In this document: positions 39,627-53,759 of the stretch, one piece after another
Numbering within the stretch: the stretch's first letter is position 1
How the letters are laid out: the number at the start of each line of letters is the position of its first letter
Assembly (NCBI GenBank): GCA_038087875.1
Contig: CM075989.1
Coordinates: 14,262,001-14,326,000 of the forward strand
Reading direction: 5' to 3'
Length of the DNA stretch: 64,000 nucleotides
From: Malacoraja senta
Taxonomy: Eukaryota
Notes under the pieces: model-generated
Databases searched by the model: none
Told to the model about the DNA's origin: nothing
Seen by the model: only the letters and a program-made list of their open reading frames with translations
Made by a program: the position numbers and the translations under genes

Positions 39627-40589
39627 TTTTCTTTTTAACCAAAAATAATTTTATTCAATTATTTACAAAAATTAGATGTACAATACAAAACAATACAAAC
39701 AAACCCACCACCATAATACAAAGTAAAACAAATATTCTTAAATACTAAATATTAAATAACTATTTCACACTCCTTGTTAAGGATACATTCCACCCCCCCG
39801 CGGTGCCCAACGGTCCCGGAAATCCCACAGGGGGCCCCTGGACAGCACGCAGTCCTTTTCTAAAACCACCCAAGCGCGGACGTAACCCTGGAAAAGGGGC
39901 AGGCAGCCAGCTCTGTCAGAGCCTGTTCTGCCTTGCGCCGTGACTCGCGGATGGCCAGCTTGGCCAGACCCAGGAGCAAGCCAACCAGGACATCTTCAGC
40001 CCTACCCTCTCCCCTACGCACAGGGTGACCAAAGATGATGATGGTGGGTGTGAAGTGCAGCCAGAAGGCAAGGAGCAGCCCCATTAGATATTGGAACAGG
40101 GGCTGCAGCCTCACACACTCCATATGCACGTTGAACACAGACTCTTCCAGCCCGCAAAAGTGGCAGGAGGCTAGCGAGTCTGAACCGAGGGAGAAACAGG
40201 TTACAAGGGACTCCTTGGTGCAGTACCCTGCACTCCAGCTCCCCGATGTAGTGGGGGAGAATCCCTGCATAAAGGGACCCCCACTGGGGTGCCCTCTCAT
40301 GACCAAAAGGCAACATCGACCGCCACTTTGTGTCCGGACAGTGGACGAGGGCGAGGAAGTGCGGGGTGTGGAGGAGGATCCCGTACAGAACACTCCTCCT
40401 TGCGTCTCGGAGGGAGATGGAGGGAGTCAAGGAAAGGCGGCTCAGGTTGTGTGGGACCGGCTCCTGAGAAGGATTTCGGCGCCTGGGTCCGACTGAGCGA
40501 GGGTTTGCTCAGCCACAAATACTCCACACGTTCGAGTCTCCCCGACACCTGGGGCGGGACAAGGACCTGCCGCTCTCACGACCAGGCCG
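39627..40589 (-). mobile_element. 5'-truncated Tx1-like (L1-clade) LINE inserted in the minisatellite
   Basis: Frameshifted C-terminus RVLHQG…CHFCGLEESVFNVHMECVRLQPLFQYL…FWLHFTP…IFGHPV…LLLGLAKLAI, like the Xenopus Tx1 ORF2 zinc-binding C-terminus; AATAAA and a short A tail at 39627. Confidence 0.88.
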
Positions 40590-41784
40590 CTGCCCCTGGC
40601 ACGGTGACGACACTGCGCCGGGCACGGTGACACTGCCCCGAGCAAGGTGGCACCGCCCTGGGCTAATCTAGTTTGGAGTGGAAGATTAGTTGCTGCAGGG
40701 TGCTGTTGTGGAAGTCGGGCAGGCGCTGGGCTACTGGTTGCAGGTGGCTGGCACTATCATCAGCCACAGCACTGTCCAGTCCTTGACCTGTGATGAGCAT
40801 CACTGCTGCAGCCAGCCTGTCTCCGTTTGCAGGGCAGCAGGTGAGAAATGCTTGTGAATTGATTTTAAATGTCAATAAATATCCTAAAAGATCAAAAATG
40901 CCAGATCCAGTTTCAAATCAATGAATGTATAGACTAACGTTTAAAATTCTTTTCAATGTGAAAGTATCATGTAAAATTACTGTAAAGGCAAGGTGCTTGT
41001 GGAAGTTGTAGCTTCAGCTATTGTTTTTGATTTAGAGAAGTTAATTTAGAATTTATTGTTGGTTGAGCTTTTTCCTGTCCAGTTTTCTTGTTTTTCTCAT
41101 TCAAAGTGTTTATATGTCGTCAATGTTACCTCCTCCCGAATGTAGATATAAACCATCTTGTGGGAATATATTTTGAACTAGAAAGCAGGAATGGAAGGGC
41201 TGTAAAGAAACATTTCGTGGGAATATCCCAATCTATTAATTGTTTCCTCATATTCAGCCCCAGTGCTGAAGATTTACTTTCACCCCTTGGTGAAGACCTG
41301 ACCTTCACACCTGTCTATCTCCACATGTGGGAACTGGTCATGAAAGGTAGTGTCAGAGGTTGTGAGAGATGAGTAATGGAATGGACATGTAAAATTTCAG
41401 TGTATCGTTGTTGTGTTTAAATAAGCAGTTTGACCCGTTGTATAGGATTTAAGTGGATATAATAATATTTTCTAGCTTCGTTAGGAATATTCCAGAACAA
41501 TGGAACTCTGTTTAATTTTCAGTGTCAGTCCTCTAGAATTCATTCATGGCATGGTGGTGAGGGAGTTGCCAGGGTTACAGCTACCATTTGCTACCTATTG
41601 CACAGCTAATTTATTTAATTGGTTCTGCAGGTGGCTGGTGGGAATGTAGAGAAAGGTGAAAGAAATTGTCCAGATATTTTTTTAAAGCAATAGTTATTTT
41701 AAAACCAGGGGGAGAGAGAGGCAGGTGGAAAACTTAAAAAATGGGAATGTCTTTTAAAATTCATTGCACCAGTGAAAATGGACA

Positions 41785-43420
41785 TAGAGTCATAGAGTCA
41801 TACAGTGTGGAAACAGGTCCTTCAGCCTAAGTTGCCCACAACGGCCAACAATGTCCCAACTATACTAGTCCCACTTGCCTGTGCTTGGTCCATACCCTCC
41901 AAACCTGTCCTATCCATGTACCTGTCTAACTGTCTCTTAAACGATGGGATAGTCCCAGCCTCAAATATCTCCTCTGGCAGCTTGTTCCAGACACCCACCA
42001 CCCTTCGTGTGAAAAAGTTACCCCTCGGATTCCTATTAAATCTTTTCCCCTTCACCTTGAACCTATGCCCTCTGGTTCTTGATTCCCCTACTCTGGGCAA
42101 AAGACTCTGTGCATCTACCTGATCTATTCCTCTCATGATTTTTTATACCTCTATAAGATCCCTTCTCATCCTCCTGCTCTCCATGGAACATCCTCATAAA
42201 TCTTTTCTGAACCCTTTCAAGTTTGACAATATCTTTCCTATAAAATGGTGCCAAGAACTTAACACAATATTCTAAATGCGGTCTCACCAACGTCTTATAC
42301 AACTGCAAAATGACCTCCCAACTTCTATACTCAAGACTGATGAAGGCCAAAATGCCAAAAGCCTTTTTGACCACCTTATCTACCTGCGACTCGACCTTCA
42401 AGGAACCATGCACCTGTACTCCAAGATCCCTCTGCTCTAAAACACTACCCAGAGGCCTACCATTTACTGTGTAGGTCCTGCCCTTGTTCGACGTCCCAAA
42501 ATGCAACACCTCACACTTCTCTGCATTACATTTTTTCAACCATTCCTCTGTCCACCTGGCCAATCGATCCAGATCCTGCTGCATGCTTTCACAATCATCT
42601 TCACTATCTGCAAAACCTCTCACTTTTGTATCATCAGCAAACTTGCTAATGTTGCCCTGTAAGTTTTTTTCCAAATCATTGATGTAGATGACAAACAGTA
42701 ACAGGCCCAGCACTGAACCCTGAGGCACACCACTAGCCACAGACCTCCAGTCCGAGAAGCAACCTTCCACCATCACCCTCTCCTTCCTTCCATGGAGCCA
42801 ATTTGCTATCCATTCAGCTATCTCTCCTTGGATCCCATGCGTTCTAACCTTCCAGAGCAGCCTACCTTGCAGAACCTTGTCGAATGCCTAACATCTAGAG
42901 CTCTGCCCTCATCGACCTTTTTGGTCTCGTCTTCAAAAAAATCAATCAGATTTGTGAGACATGACCTCCCATGTACAAAACCATGCTGACTAACCCTAAT
43001 CAGACCTTGCCCATCCAAATGCCTGTATAACTTATCCTTCAGAATACTCGCTAGTAACTTTCCAACTACAGATGTTAAGCTCACCGGCCTATAGTTCACA
43101 GCATTTTCCCTGCAGCCCTTCTTAAAAAGAGGCACAACATTTGCCACCCTCCAGTTTTCCGGCACTTCTCCTGTATTTAAGGACGACTCGTAAATTTCAA
43201 CTAGGGCTCCCGCAATTTCCTATCTAGTTTCCCGCAATGTCCTCGGATATATCTGATCAGGCCCTGGAGATTTGTCTACTTTCATACATGACAGTACCTT
43301 CAGTACTTCTTCGACGGTAACATTGACTGCTCTCAAGACACTGCCATTAACTGCCCCAAGTTCCTCCGTCCTACTGCCTTTTTCCTCGGTAAATACAAAG
43401 GAGAAATACTCATTGACATA
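41785..43420 (-). mobile_element. CR1 LINE, moderately decayed
   Basis: Three ORF pieces (NYRPVSLTS; GVPQGSVLG, KFADD; RGNFFTRRVVG); (ctatgact)n tail at ~41785. Confidence 0.92.
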
Positions 43421-43585
43421 ATCCAGGAAGTTTCAATACATCGCCTCAGGCTCTCAACTGCTCTCCTTTCTTGCATTACAAGAATATTATCTATAACTGA
43501 TGTATAACACTCAAAAAAGTGTATTTAGAGGTAATATTGTGTTTGATCCAGTCCGCTCCTGGTTTCTGTCCTGCTGTGCTATTTA

Positions 43586-43792
43586 AGGGCCTGTCCCACC
43601 CACATGTCACGGGGTGTCACCAGGGGGCAGGTCGCCAGGGTGTCGCCTGTATGGTCGTGAAAGGTCTCCTAGTCACCCAAAGAGTCGTAGCGTCTTTCTG
43701 GTCGCTGCTGAATTTTCAACATTGAAAATTTTCGGTGACCTATGACGGGTGCCGGCAGTCACCAAAAAAGTCGCATAAGTGGGTCGGGCCCT
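43586..43792. mobile_element. PIF/Harbinger-type MITE related to 6584-6789
   Basis: TTA|agggcctgtcccac…gtgggtcgggccct|TTA. Confidence 0.8.
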
Positions 43793-43977
43793 TTACTCTT
43801 TGTAGTCCCAGGGGTCAGGTTGACCCCTAGACTGCTGAAGTTGCCTCATGAACAGGACTGGACCCCAAATGCTGACCCGGCTTCAAGCCAGAGGCTCTGC
43901 CCCTGCATCAGCCTCTTTGCCTTTTGGAGCTTGTGCTGAAATAGGCCATTCAAACAGATTTAAGAGTTTTATCATAA

Positions 43978-44455
43978 TTGGAGATAACGGGAGCTCGCGG
44001 GTCCGGGTGGGAGACCGCTTTTCGGAGCACCCGCAACGCAACTTCTCCAGCCCGTGTCGCGGGGTTGGAACGACCCGGAGCGGGGCCATACATCGCCCAG
44101 CGCGGCTTTAATGGACGCGGGACATTCCAGCGCCCGCCGGGGACTCCAACGTTGTGACATTTGGGCCTGGAGCAGGGCCGTACATTGCCCGGCGCTGCCT
44201 TAAATGGCCGTGGGACTTACCATCGCCTGCCTGGGGCTTCGACATCGGGAGAGAAATGGTGCAGGGGAGACAAAAGACTTTGCCTTCCATCACAGTGAGG
44301 AGGAGATTCACTGTGATGGATGTTTGTGTAAATTGAATTGTTTGTGTGTCTTGTAGGAATTGTTTTGTTTGTATGGCTGTGGAAACGGAGTTTCGTTTGA
44401 GCCTCACTGAGGTTCAAATGACATGGAATAAATATTGTATTGTATTGTATTGTAT
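43978..44455 (+). mobile_element. GC/CpG-rich non-coding retroposon related to 23522-24278
   Basis: Shares tgccttcc(a/c)tcacagtga; ends AATAAA plus (attgt)n. Confidence 0.55.
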
Positions 44456-45324
44456 TTAAAAGCTTAAGAAATAGATTAAGATATTTGAGAATTTTAAGGT
44501 GAGTGGGGAAAGATTTAATAGGATCCCGAGGGGTAAATTTTTCACACAAAGGGTGGTCGGTGTATGGAACGAGCTGCCGGTGGAGGTAGTTGAGGCAGGT
44601 ACTATCCCAATGTTTAAGAACCATTAAGACAGGTACATGGATAGGACAGGTTAAGAAGATGTGGAGCAAACACAGGGAGGTGGGACTGGTGTTGAGGCAT
44701 ATTGGTCGATGTAGGCAAATTGGGCTGTGCCTGTTTCCACATTGTATGATTCTGACTAATTATTAAAATAATAAGAAGGAATTATTTAATACTCCAATTA
44801 TGGCAACTAATTAAGAACATCAAGATTGAGTAAATTAAGGAATAGAAGTGAAGATACCTTTAGTTTAGTTTTAGTTTAGAGATACAGCGTGGAAACAGGC
44901 CCTTCGGCCCACCGAGTCCGCACCGACCAGCAATCCCCGCACATTAACACGATCCTACTACTAGGGACACCTTCACCAAGCCAATTAACCTACATACCTG
45001 TACTCCTTTGGAGTATTTCTGCACTTCTGTCTTTCTGCACTTCCCTTTTCATTTCGAGGTGACAAGGATTACCTGCAGTATCAGCAGTTTCTCCTTCCAC
45101 AGAGTCTGCCAGACCTACAGAGTATTTTCAGCATTTTCTGTTTTTATTTCAAATGAACAAGCTTGTGTTATTACTGCCAGCCTGGGCTGCCATAAAGGTG
45201 AAGGTCCCGATGTGAAATGCATCTGGAGCCTCAGCTCAGCACAATGAGGTATCCAGTAGTGGAGTCACTACTTCCTCAGGTCAGATTCTGACACCTGCTC
45301 TTCAGTGCACACCTGGAAGGAGAA

Positions 45325-46128
45325 TGAGAACCTCGTGTCGTGGTGTCGAGACAACAACTTTCTCTCAATGTCACCAAGACAAAGGAGATAGTGAACGACT
45401 TCAGGAAGCGTAGCCCAGTTTGCATTGACGGCGCCGAAGTAGAGATGGTTGAAAACTTCAAATTCCTAGGAGTAAATATCACCACAACTTCTTCTGGACC
45501 AACCATATTGAAGCAATGACAAAGAAAGCACACCAATTACTCTACTTCCTAAGAATGTTCCCGTCAACCATCACCAACTTCTACAGATGTGCTGTAGATA
45601 GCATTTTATCGGGATGCATCAAAGCTTGATTTGGGAACAGCTCCATCCAGGACCGCAAAAAATTGCAGCAAATTCTGGACACAGCCCAGACCATCACACA
45701 AACCAACCTCCATTCCATTAACATAATTTATACCTCATGCTGCCTCGGCAAGGCCAGCAGCATAGTCAAAGGCGTGTCGTACCCTGGCTACTCCCTGTTC
45801 TCCCCTCTCCCATCGGGCATAAGGTATAGAAGAATAAAAACGCACATCTCCAGATTCAGGGACAGTTTCTTCCCAGGCAACTGAACCATCCTACCGCAAC
45901 CAGAGAGTAGTCCTGAACTACTATCTACCTCATTGGGGACCCTCAGACCATCTTTGATCAGACTTTACTGGCTTTACCTTGCACTAAACGTTATTCCATT
46001 ATAATGTATCTGTACACTGAGATTGGCTCGATTGTAATCATGTATTGTCTCCGCTGGCTGGTTAGCAAGCAAAAAATGTTTTTCATTGTACCTCGGTACA
46101 TGTGACAATTAACTGAATGAACTGAACT
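45325..46128 (+). mobile_element. Decayed Rex1/Babar LINE 3' fragment
   Basis: ctcaatgtcaccaagacaaaggagatagtg…ttcaaattcctagga; SLFSPLPSGIRYRR…SRFRDSFFP; (tgaac)n tail. Another decayed antisense copy lies at ~46400-47010. Confidence 0.8.
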
Positions 46129-48767
46129 AAATCTGGGTATTGCAAATAGCTCAGGGTTCTTTATGTTACCTCTGGGTAGCAAGCGTGATAATTCATGATA
46201 AAATCACTAGAATATTTTTTTAAATCTTTAGACTGGGTTGTGCTAACCGACTCTAAAGATTAAAAAAAATTATTGTGATTTATCATGATTTTTCTCCATT
46301 AAAGTATCAGTTTTTGACCTTGACCATAAATAACATTGCCTATGAAATTAGAACAAGTAGGATTGTTCCTGTCAGTGTGAGTTTATTATTGGCTGCTTAA
46401 ATTGGAATTGGCATTTGTTTATTGATTTATTGTTGCATGCACATTGTTACAGTGAAGAACTAAAAATACTCGATTACAATCAAAACCAAACACCAGGATG
46501 TGCAAATAAACCAGAATGCAGAATAATGTATTGTAGCTAAAGAGAAAATTCTGTTGAAATATGTGTGACTATTGCAATGAGGTAGATTGGTGGGTTAGGA
46601 ATACATGAGGTAGATTGGTGGGTTTGGAGGTCTGTTCAGGAGTGTGATAATAGTGAGAAAATAGCTGTCCTTGATTCTGATGATGCATTCCCTCAAGCGT
46701 TTGTGTCTTCTGTCCAAAGAGAGTGGGGGGAAAAAAGAAATGATCAGGGTGTGAGTGACCCTTGATTTTATTAGCTGCTTTCCCGAGGCAGTCTGATAAC
46801 GATAGTCAGTAGAGGCAGGCTGGTTTGCATGTTGTACAGGGCTGTGTTCACAACAATCTGTAATATCTTGTGGTCTTGGGTGGAACATTTGATAAGCCAG
46901 TCGTACAGTCGCTCTCTGATGAAGTAGAGCCGCTGGCGTGCTTTCTCGGCTGTAGCATCAATATGTTTGGACCAAATTGTTGATGATATTTACACCCAGG
47001 GACTTGAAGCTCTCGATGCATGTTATTAATAGAATCTATTGTACTCAGCAGATTGGGTAATGTGGCAATGTGTGCATTTACAGGTGGGCTCTCTGGGCAG
47101 TTTATGACATCCATCAACTTACTCGACCACACTCACTCCAAGCATTGCCACGTGCTAATCACACTAGAAAAACTGCTGTACAACCTGAGCATCTTATAGG
47201 AGGAGTCTTTAATTACTTTTTTGTTGTGAAAGGAAGTATATTGTTGTTGAGTTGATAAAGTAAATCCTTCTGCCTCAGCATAGAGAGCTGCAGCTGAGCG
47301 GGAATGTCCAACATCTCTATTGCTGACAAAAATGGGAGATTTGATGCATGTTTGAATGGGCCCCCAGGATGATAGGGAGGAAGATTGAGACTGGAGAGTC
47401 CAAAATGCTAACAAGAGGCCAAAGATTCTGAGAGGATGCATGATGTCCTGTGTAAGGAGAAAGGCTTTCAGAGATATGGCCTCTCCAGGGAGGTGTGGAC
47501 AGTGTGCTGCTGCATCCTTCAAGATTTGTAGACTTGAAACTGTGCAGAAGCTGTTGCTTGAATTAAAGAGTATTACCTTATGAGGAGAGATTGGGCAAAC
47601 TTGTATTGTTCCTAAGTTAACCAGCTGCCACAAAGTATTCTTAATGTTAAACATTGGTGTGAAATATTTTGCTGCAAAACATAATTATTTTTGAGCAAGG
47701 AGCAATGGGAATTTAATGATGCATGCATGAGTCACATTTATAGATATCCAAGGGTTATGATATATCTTAATTGATTAGCTGTGAATGCCTGGAAGGCACA
47801 ATTATTGCAATATAGCATGCTGAAAATGTGGAAACTAAGAAATGTTATTCACATTAACAGTGGTTAGGAATAAAGAAAAGTATCAAGTCAGAGAATTTTT
47901 TGTTTTTGAGTAATTGAGATGTTTAGTACAATGTAAAAGATGTAATTTAGTACCCTGAAAAAGTATGAGCTTAATTTAAAATAATGTATATGTTCATTTT
48001 AAATTGCATTGCAAACAAGGATTATTCATATCTCACCTAATGTGTTAAATTTGATGAAGAAATTGCATTTGACAGTTTTTAAAATGTTTTGCTGCTCTTA
48101 GTTAAGCAGCATTTTCTCATACAATCACAAACTGCCAATAACTTGTACAATATTGTGTTAATACCTCAACACAGTCCATTGAGTGAGTGTGGAGGACTGT
48201 GTCTCCCCTGACTGGCATGAATCAGCTCAATGGGGGGACTGCCAACTATCAGTTGTTCACTCATTCCATACATCATGACATGCTAAAAACCAGTCACCAG
48301 CACACCTGATCTATCTCTGCCTCCTCCCCTGGGCTCTCCGTTCACCCCTGCAACACAATCCTGACTCATCAGGAAAGATATTTAGCATCAGCGGCTTCAG
48401 CTTTATCCCTGGGCTGCTGACAAACAGCCGAAAAATCGTATCTATTTGAAAGGGGTTGAAAGTGTTTGGAAAATGCTTTAAATTATTTGTTAGTATTTAA
48501 ATTTTTTAATGACATTTTCAGAGTTTAATTGAAAAAGTATTTACGTTTAATTTTGAAAACCCTTTGTCAGCTGATCCCGTAAAACTTCACCTGATGCACA
48601 AAATGTTGATCTTCATATACTTGGCTATTCATCCTCGATGAACTCAATGAACTTTCCATTGTTCCAATATATTGTCATTAGTTTTGCCCATCTAGATATT
48701 CTGTTTATGTGAATACCAACAATAAATTGTGGTGCAGGATAATATAAAAGTAAGGGGAAAAAAAGAG

Positions 48768-48975
48768 ACACAAAGTGCTGGTTGGTCAAAGATGCAGTTG
48801 GTCAGACTGCATCTCTGGAGACCATGGATAGATGACATTTTAGGCTGGGTCCTTCTGCAGATTCAAGAATGGTTCTGACCAGAAATGTCACCTATCCATG
48901 TTCTTCAGAGATGCTGTCTGATTTGCTGAGTTACACCAGCACTTTGTGTATTTTAAACCGCATCTGCAGTTCCTT
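48768..48975. repeat. Self-inverted (palindromic) Penelope-derived repeat
   Basis: cacaaagtgctg…catctctggagaccatggatagatgacattt / aaatgtcacctatccatgttcttcagagatg…cagcactttgtg. Confidence 0.65.
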
Positions 48976-51900
48976 GTCTCCCCATAAAAGCAGAGAAGTC
49001 ATGCTTCAGGTGCATAAAATGTTGGATATAGTATTGTGTACAGTTCTGGTCACCAGACTCAAGGAGAGTATGGAGGCTTTGGAGAGGGTGCAGTCGAGGT
49101 TTTACCAGGGGGTTGCCTAGATTGGAGAGTATTAGCAATAAGGAGAAGTTGGACCAACTTGGCGTTTTCTCTGGAGTATCGGAGGCTCGGGGGCAACCTG
49201 ATAGAAATGTATAAATTTAATACTCATAAATAGGGCATATAGTCAATTGACAAATGCTATAATGGGCATTACTTAAAGGAGATTTACAAGGCAAGTTCTT
49301 TACACAGAGATTAACAGATGCCTGCAAGCTCTGCCAGGGAACTTGCAGATATGATCACAATGTTTAAAACAGACACGTGGACAGACAGAGAGCAAGGGAA
49401 ATGGACTATGTGAAGGCAGATGGGATTGTGACTGGCAGAGGCATGGTGGGTGAGTGGTCTGTTACAATGCTGTCCTGTTCTATGTTCTAAGGAGGGATAT
49501 TCAAATCCCAGCTTGTTTATTCAAGTCACTTGGCTAATGTCTTGCTGAAGTGCAGAACAGGTATGAGTATGACCATGGCCTTTTAGACCATGTGATATTA
49601 TAATCTTGCAATTCAATTATGGATTACCAGCAGTGTTTGGTATCATTGATCCACAGACTTCATTTGAATCTCAATGTGACACATGGAACATAAATTCAAG
49701 TGATTAAATCAATCAAAATTAATTGAAGCTAGGCTCAGCACTGGTAACAATGAAAGCAATGGTTTTTTTTGTAAAAATCCACCTGTCCCGAATGTACTTC
49801 ATTGAATGAAATCAGCCATTCTTATCCTTATCCTGGCCTTTATTTGAGTTCAGATGCAGCAATATGTGTAACTTGTATCTTTTACTTGATTTATGAACTG
49901 TAAAGGTTAGACAACCAGTTGTCAGCAACTTCTCCATTCCACAAAGGTGTAAATAAAATTGATGAAGAGAAGATTGAGAACATCTTTGGGCATTTCTGAA
50001 CCAAATTTGGGATTCTACAGTTAAACAGAAACAGCTGAGTCAACAAAGTCACCATGATAATAATCAGAAAGAATGTAGTTTCAAGTACAATAACTACATT
50101 ATCCCAGCAAGCAGGTCAAGCTTGCACATAAGGGCACAAACCTTTGCACTGGTGTGGAGAACCATGAAAAAAGTGGTTTAAAACATTAGAAATCTTCACT
50201 TAGATCAAATACTAGAGATAAACTAAGACTGGAATATTCAGTTTGCCAACTCACAACCTCAATAAGTTGATGGTTACATGTTTTATAAATTTGTTGTGCC
50301 TCAGTACATATGTGAAGTTATTACAAAATTGTTTCAGAATAAGCACTGAACATTACAGATGGAGAGCTGGGAAACGGGAACAACCTAAATGGTTTGATTT
50401 TTTGGTGATGTCCCATGCTGTAAATGTTGCTGCATGCGGATGGTTCATCTGTAGACATCTTGCACTAGCAATGTAGTAATTATTGGTCTGAGACAGATTG
50501 TGTATCTTTCATCTTCATCTTTCATCCATGACATTGTGGCAGACAATATTATAGTAATAAGGTATTCTGTTTTAAATTAAATGATAGCACACTTGCTTCT
50601 GAAACAATAGTTTGATGCTCATACTGCACCTGTTCTTGAGTACAGAATTCACACTGACATAACACTTCTGTATTGTCAGGGATGTTCTCTGATGATAGAA
50701 GATATTTAAACATTTGTCCACCTGTAGAAAACCAGAACATTTTGAAAAGCAGCAGAGGAATGCTCCAGCTCAATTGCCTCGTAATCAACACCACCGTTTG
50801 GATGTTTTGCTCTCTTAATTACTGTTTTACAATTTGGGCCTGCATGCAACAGTAAAACGGTCTCCCCACAAAACCACAGTCACAAAACTACAATTTTAAT
50901 TTATTCGCTGTACCTTAAGGATTTCCCAAGGATGTAAAAGGTGCTATTTAAACCCCTTGTTCTTTCTTGCAATAATAATGCAATAGAGATATTAAAACCC
51001 CATAAAAATTGTAAACATGTCCGCGAATGTTAAATATTGGTGATTCCATTTCTTTGGGGCTTCTCTCAATCATCTGTCTTGCCTAAGCAGAAAACAGCTG
51101 AAATCCTGAAGAAGTGATGAATTATTTCATTCTGCTAATGAAGCAATAGATCATTCTTTGTAGAAGCTTTTAACCTGTACTCTTGACACAATTGCATCAG
51201 TATTAACACTGGCATAACTGAAACCAGTCACCGGGAGAGGTTCAAGCCTGCATAGAACATTATCACATTACTACTTTTTAAATTGTTTGTTTATTAACTG
51301 GTGGTCCTGGTATGTGTGTCTAAAAAGCCACATTGACTGTTGTTTTAATCTAATAGATACTGGTTCAAACTAGGTCAAACCGATATTTAATCATTAATCT
51401 TAATTGTTGAAAGGCTCCATAGGCAAAGAATTACAATCAGTAGGCCAGACCAATTTCATGGGCCAAGCTAAATTAAAATCCCAGTAGCCAGCTCTCCACT
51501 GCAGTGGCCATCAGAAACATATGTGATAGGCAGTTAAAATAGTATCAGAGCCATTCAGAGCAAAATGGGCCAGATATATTAATAAGACATTAGCTTGTGT
51601 AAAAAAACAGCAGTTTTCAAATAGCCACGAGACCATGAGTTAAGGCAAATGTGCAGCAGAAAGGATTCAAGTTATCTCTTAAGTCCTATCTTTGGCGTAA
51701 AGTAATGTTCTTAGGAGGGACTGGGAAATCAATAGCTTCCTTTATCTGGATGAACAATTTGGAGAAAGGCTTGGAATTCTTCCTCTCATTTTAAAGTAAT
51801 AGATGAACTTTGAGGAAATTCCCAATAATGATGGAGCCCTTGGTCTCATTCGCTCCAGGGTAAACAATTCCAACCGATCCAATCTCTCTCCTAACTGAAG

Positions 51901-52227
51901 CCCTCCAGTCTGGGTATCATTCTGGTGAATCTCCACTGCACTCTCAGTGTAACCACATACTTACGTGTGCAGTGACGTGAACTGCACACAATATTTCAAG
52001 TAGTTTTTAACGAGTATTCTATAAAGTTGCAAAATAATGCCTTAACTTTTATATTCTGTGTCTTGAGCTAAGAAGGCAGACATGCTATATGCCTTCTTCG
52101 CCACCCTGTCTACCTGTTTTTTATTTCTGATTTATGTTGGTACGATATAATCACATACCTCAAGTTGACAGGCAAGATATAAATAGGGCCATGAAGAAAT
52201 ATGGTCTGTAATCCCTTTTAACTCTAA

Positions 52228-52425
<198 letters not shown>

Positions 52426-52705
52426 TGAAACACCTTTGGGTGCAGAGAATCCAGCCAATATATCGGGTGTAGCATTGGTATGAGAAATACTCCAAGGAGA
52501 CCTGAACTGAGTTGCGATCCATCTATTTCCCCTTTTCATATCCCATTGCTTATTTCCTACAACATAGGAGGAAGTTATTTTTCCCATTGAGTTTCAGTCA
52601 GTTCTCTGAGAAACCGCGTCAATCCTGCTCTCTAACTACTTTTCCCCACCTGGCCATCAAACCTGCTCCACCTCTCTATGATACACCTGCCACATTCCTT
52701 TACTG

Positions 52706-52934
52706 CAGGGGTTCCCAACCTCGTGCCGGTTTACTTCTGGCAACCTTAATAGCACATAACAATGTTATTTCACTTATTTATGAACAACTAATGCTGAACA
52801 GATACTGGTATACCAGAACCAAACACAGTCAGTCAATGAGAAAAAATGTACAAATCCAGAGTCAACAAATTTACCCCCTGGGTAGGTGAAATTTACCCCC
52901 TGGTGGTAAATTGATCCCAGGTTGGGAACCCTTG
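52706..52934. mobile_element. hAT (Charlie-like) MITE
   Basis: TIR caggggttcccaacct / aggttgggaacccttg; perfect 8-bp TSD ctttactg at 52698-52705 and 52935-52942. Confidence 0.9.
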
Positions 52935-53759
52935 CTTTACTGGGAGTGATTTACATTAGCCATTTATCCTTGCAGCAAACACATCTTTGGGCTATGGGAA
53001 GAAACTAGACCATCCAGAGGATAGCCACACAGTCACAGGGAAAGTATGCAAACTCGAGACACACAGCACCAGAGGTCAGCATCGAACCTGGTCCTCAGAT
53101 CGGTGCAGCAGTAGGTCTGCATGCTGCACCACAATGCTGCTCTCTGCCTTGTGTGAAATTTGTTCTTCTGGAAAGTTGTTTGGACGGGTCTGAAATAAAA
53201 TTATTATCTACAGCAACTCTAGTTTGCCCCACATTTAGGGTTTGGAATTGCACTTGCAATCACCCCAACATCACTTGCACAGGAAATAGATTCTGGCTAT
53301 AAACCAGCAACACAAGAGTGGATTTGTCATTTTTCTATTTTTAAAACTTATCATTTATTAACTTCATGGGAACTGACTTTTGGTCTGTTAATTGCCTGCA
53401 CTGCCTCTTTAAGAATATTTTGCTAACTTGCCACATTTAATATTTAATGTCTCAGTTCAGTTTTAGAGAAACACAAAAATAAAGCCTTGAGTTGTAGCGC
53501 TTGGCACACTTGTTTAATTTGGGGAAAGCACAGAGCAGGAAGAGGCCATTTAGCCTCTTCAGTGTTTTATGTTGAGCTCTGAGCTCCATGGATGGGTAAA
53601 TACAAGAGCTTCAGCTTAGTTTAAAGGTACATGTTCTTGCGCGAGGAACGTACAAATAAGGGAATTAGGTATTTTCATACATGTCCAATTTCCTAATTTG
53701 AAAGTCCTTATTCGTCAAATTTTATAGGAGAAAATGAAAAAGTTAAGATTTATGTGGAT

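Noticed and set aside
38674..39642. Cys-rich 249-322 aa ORFs in all three minus frames
   Set aside because: Artefact of a 23-bp tandem unit with no stop codons on that strand; all frames give the same rotating peptide.
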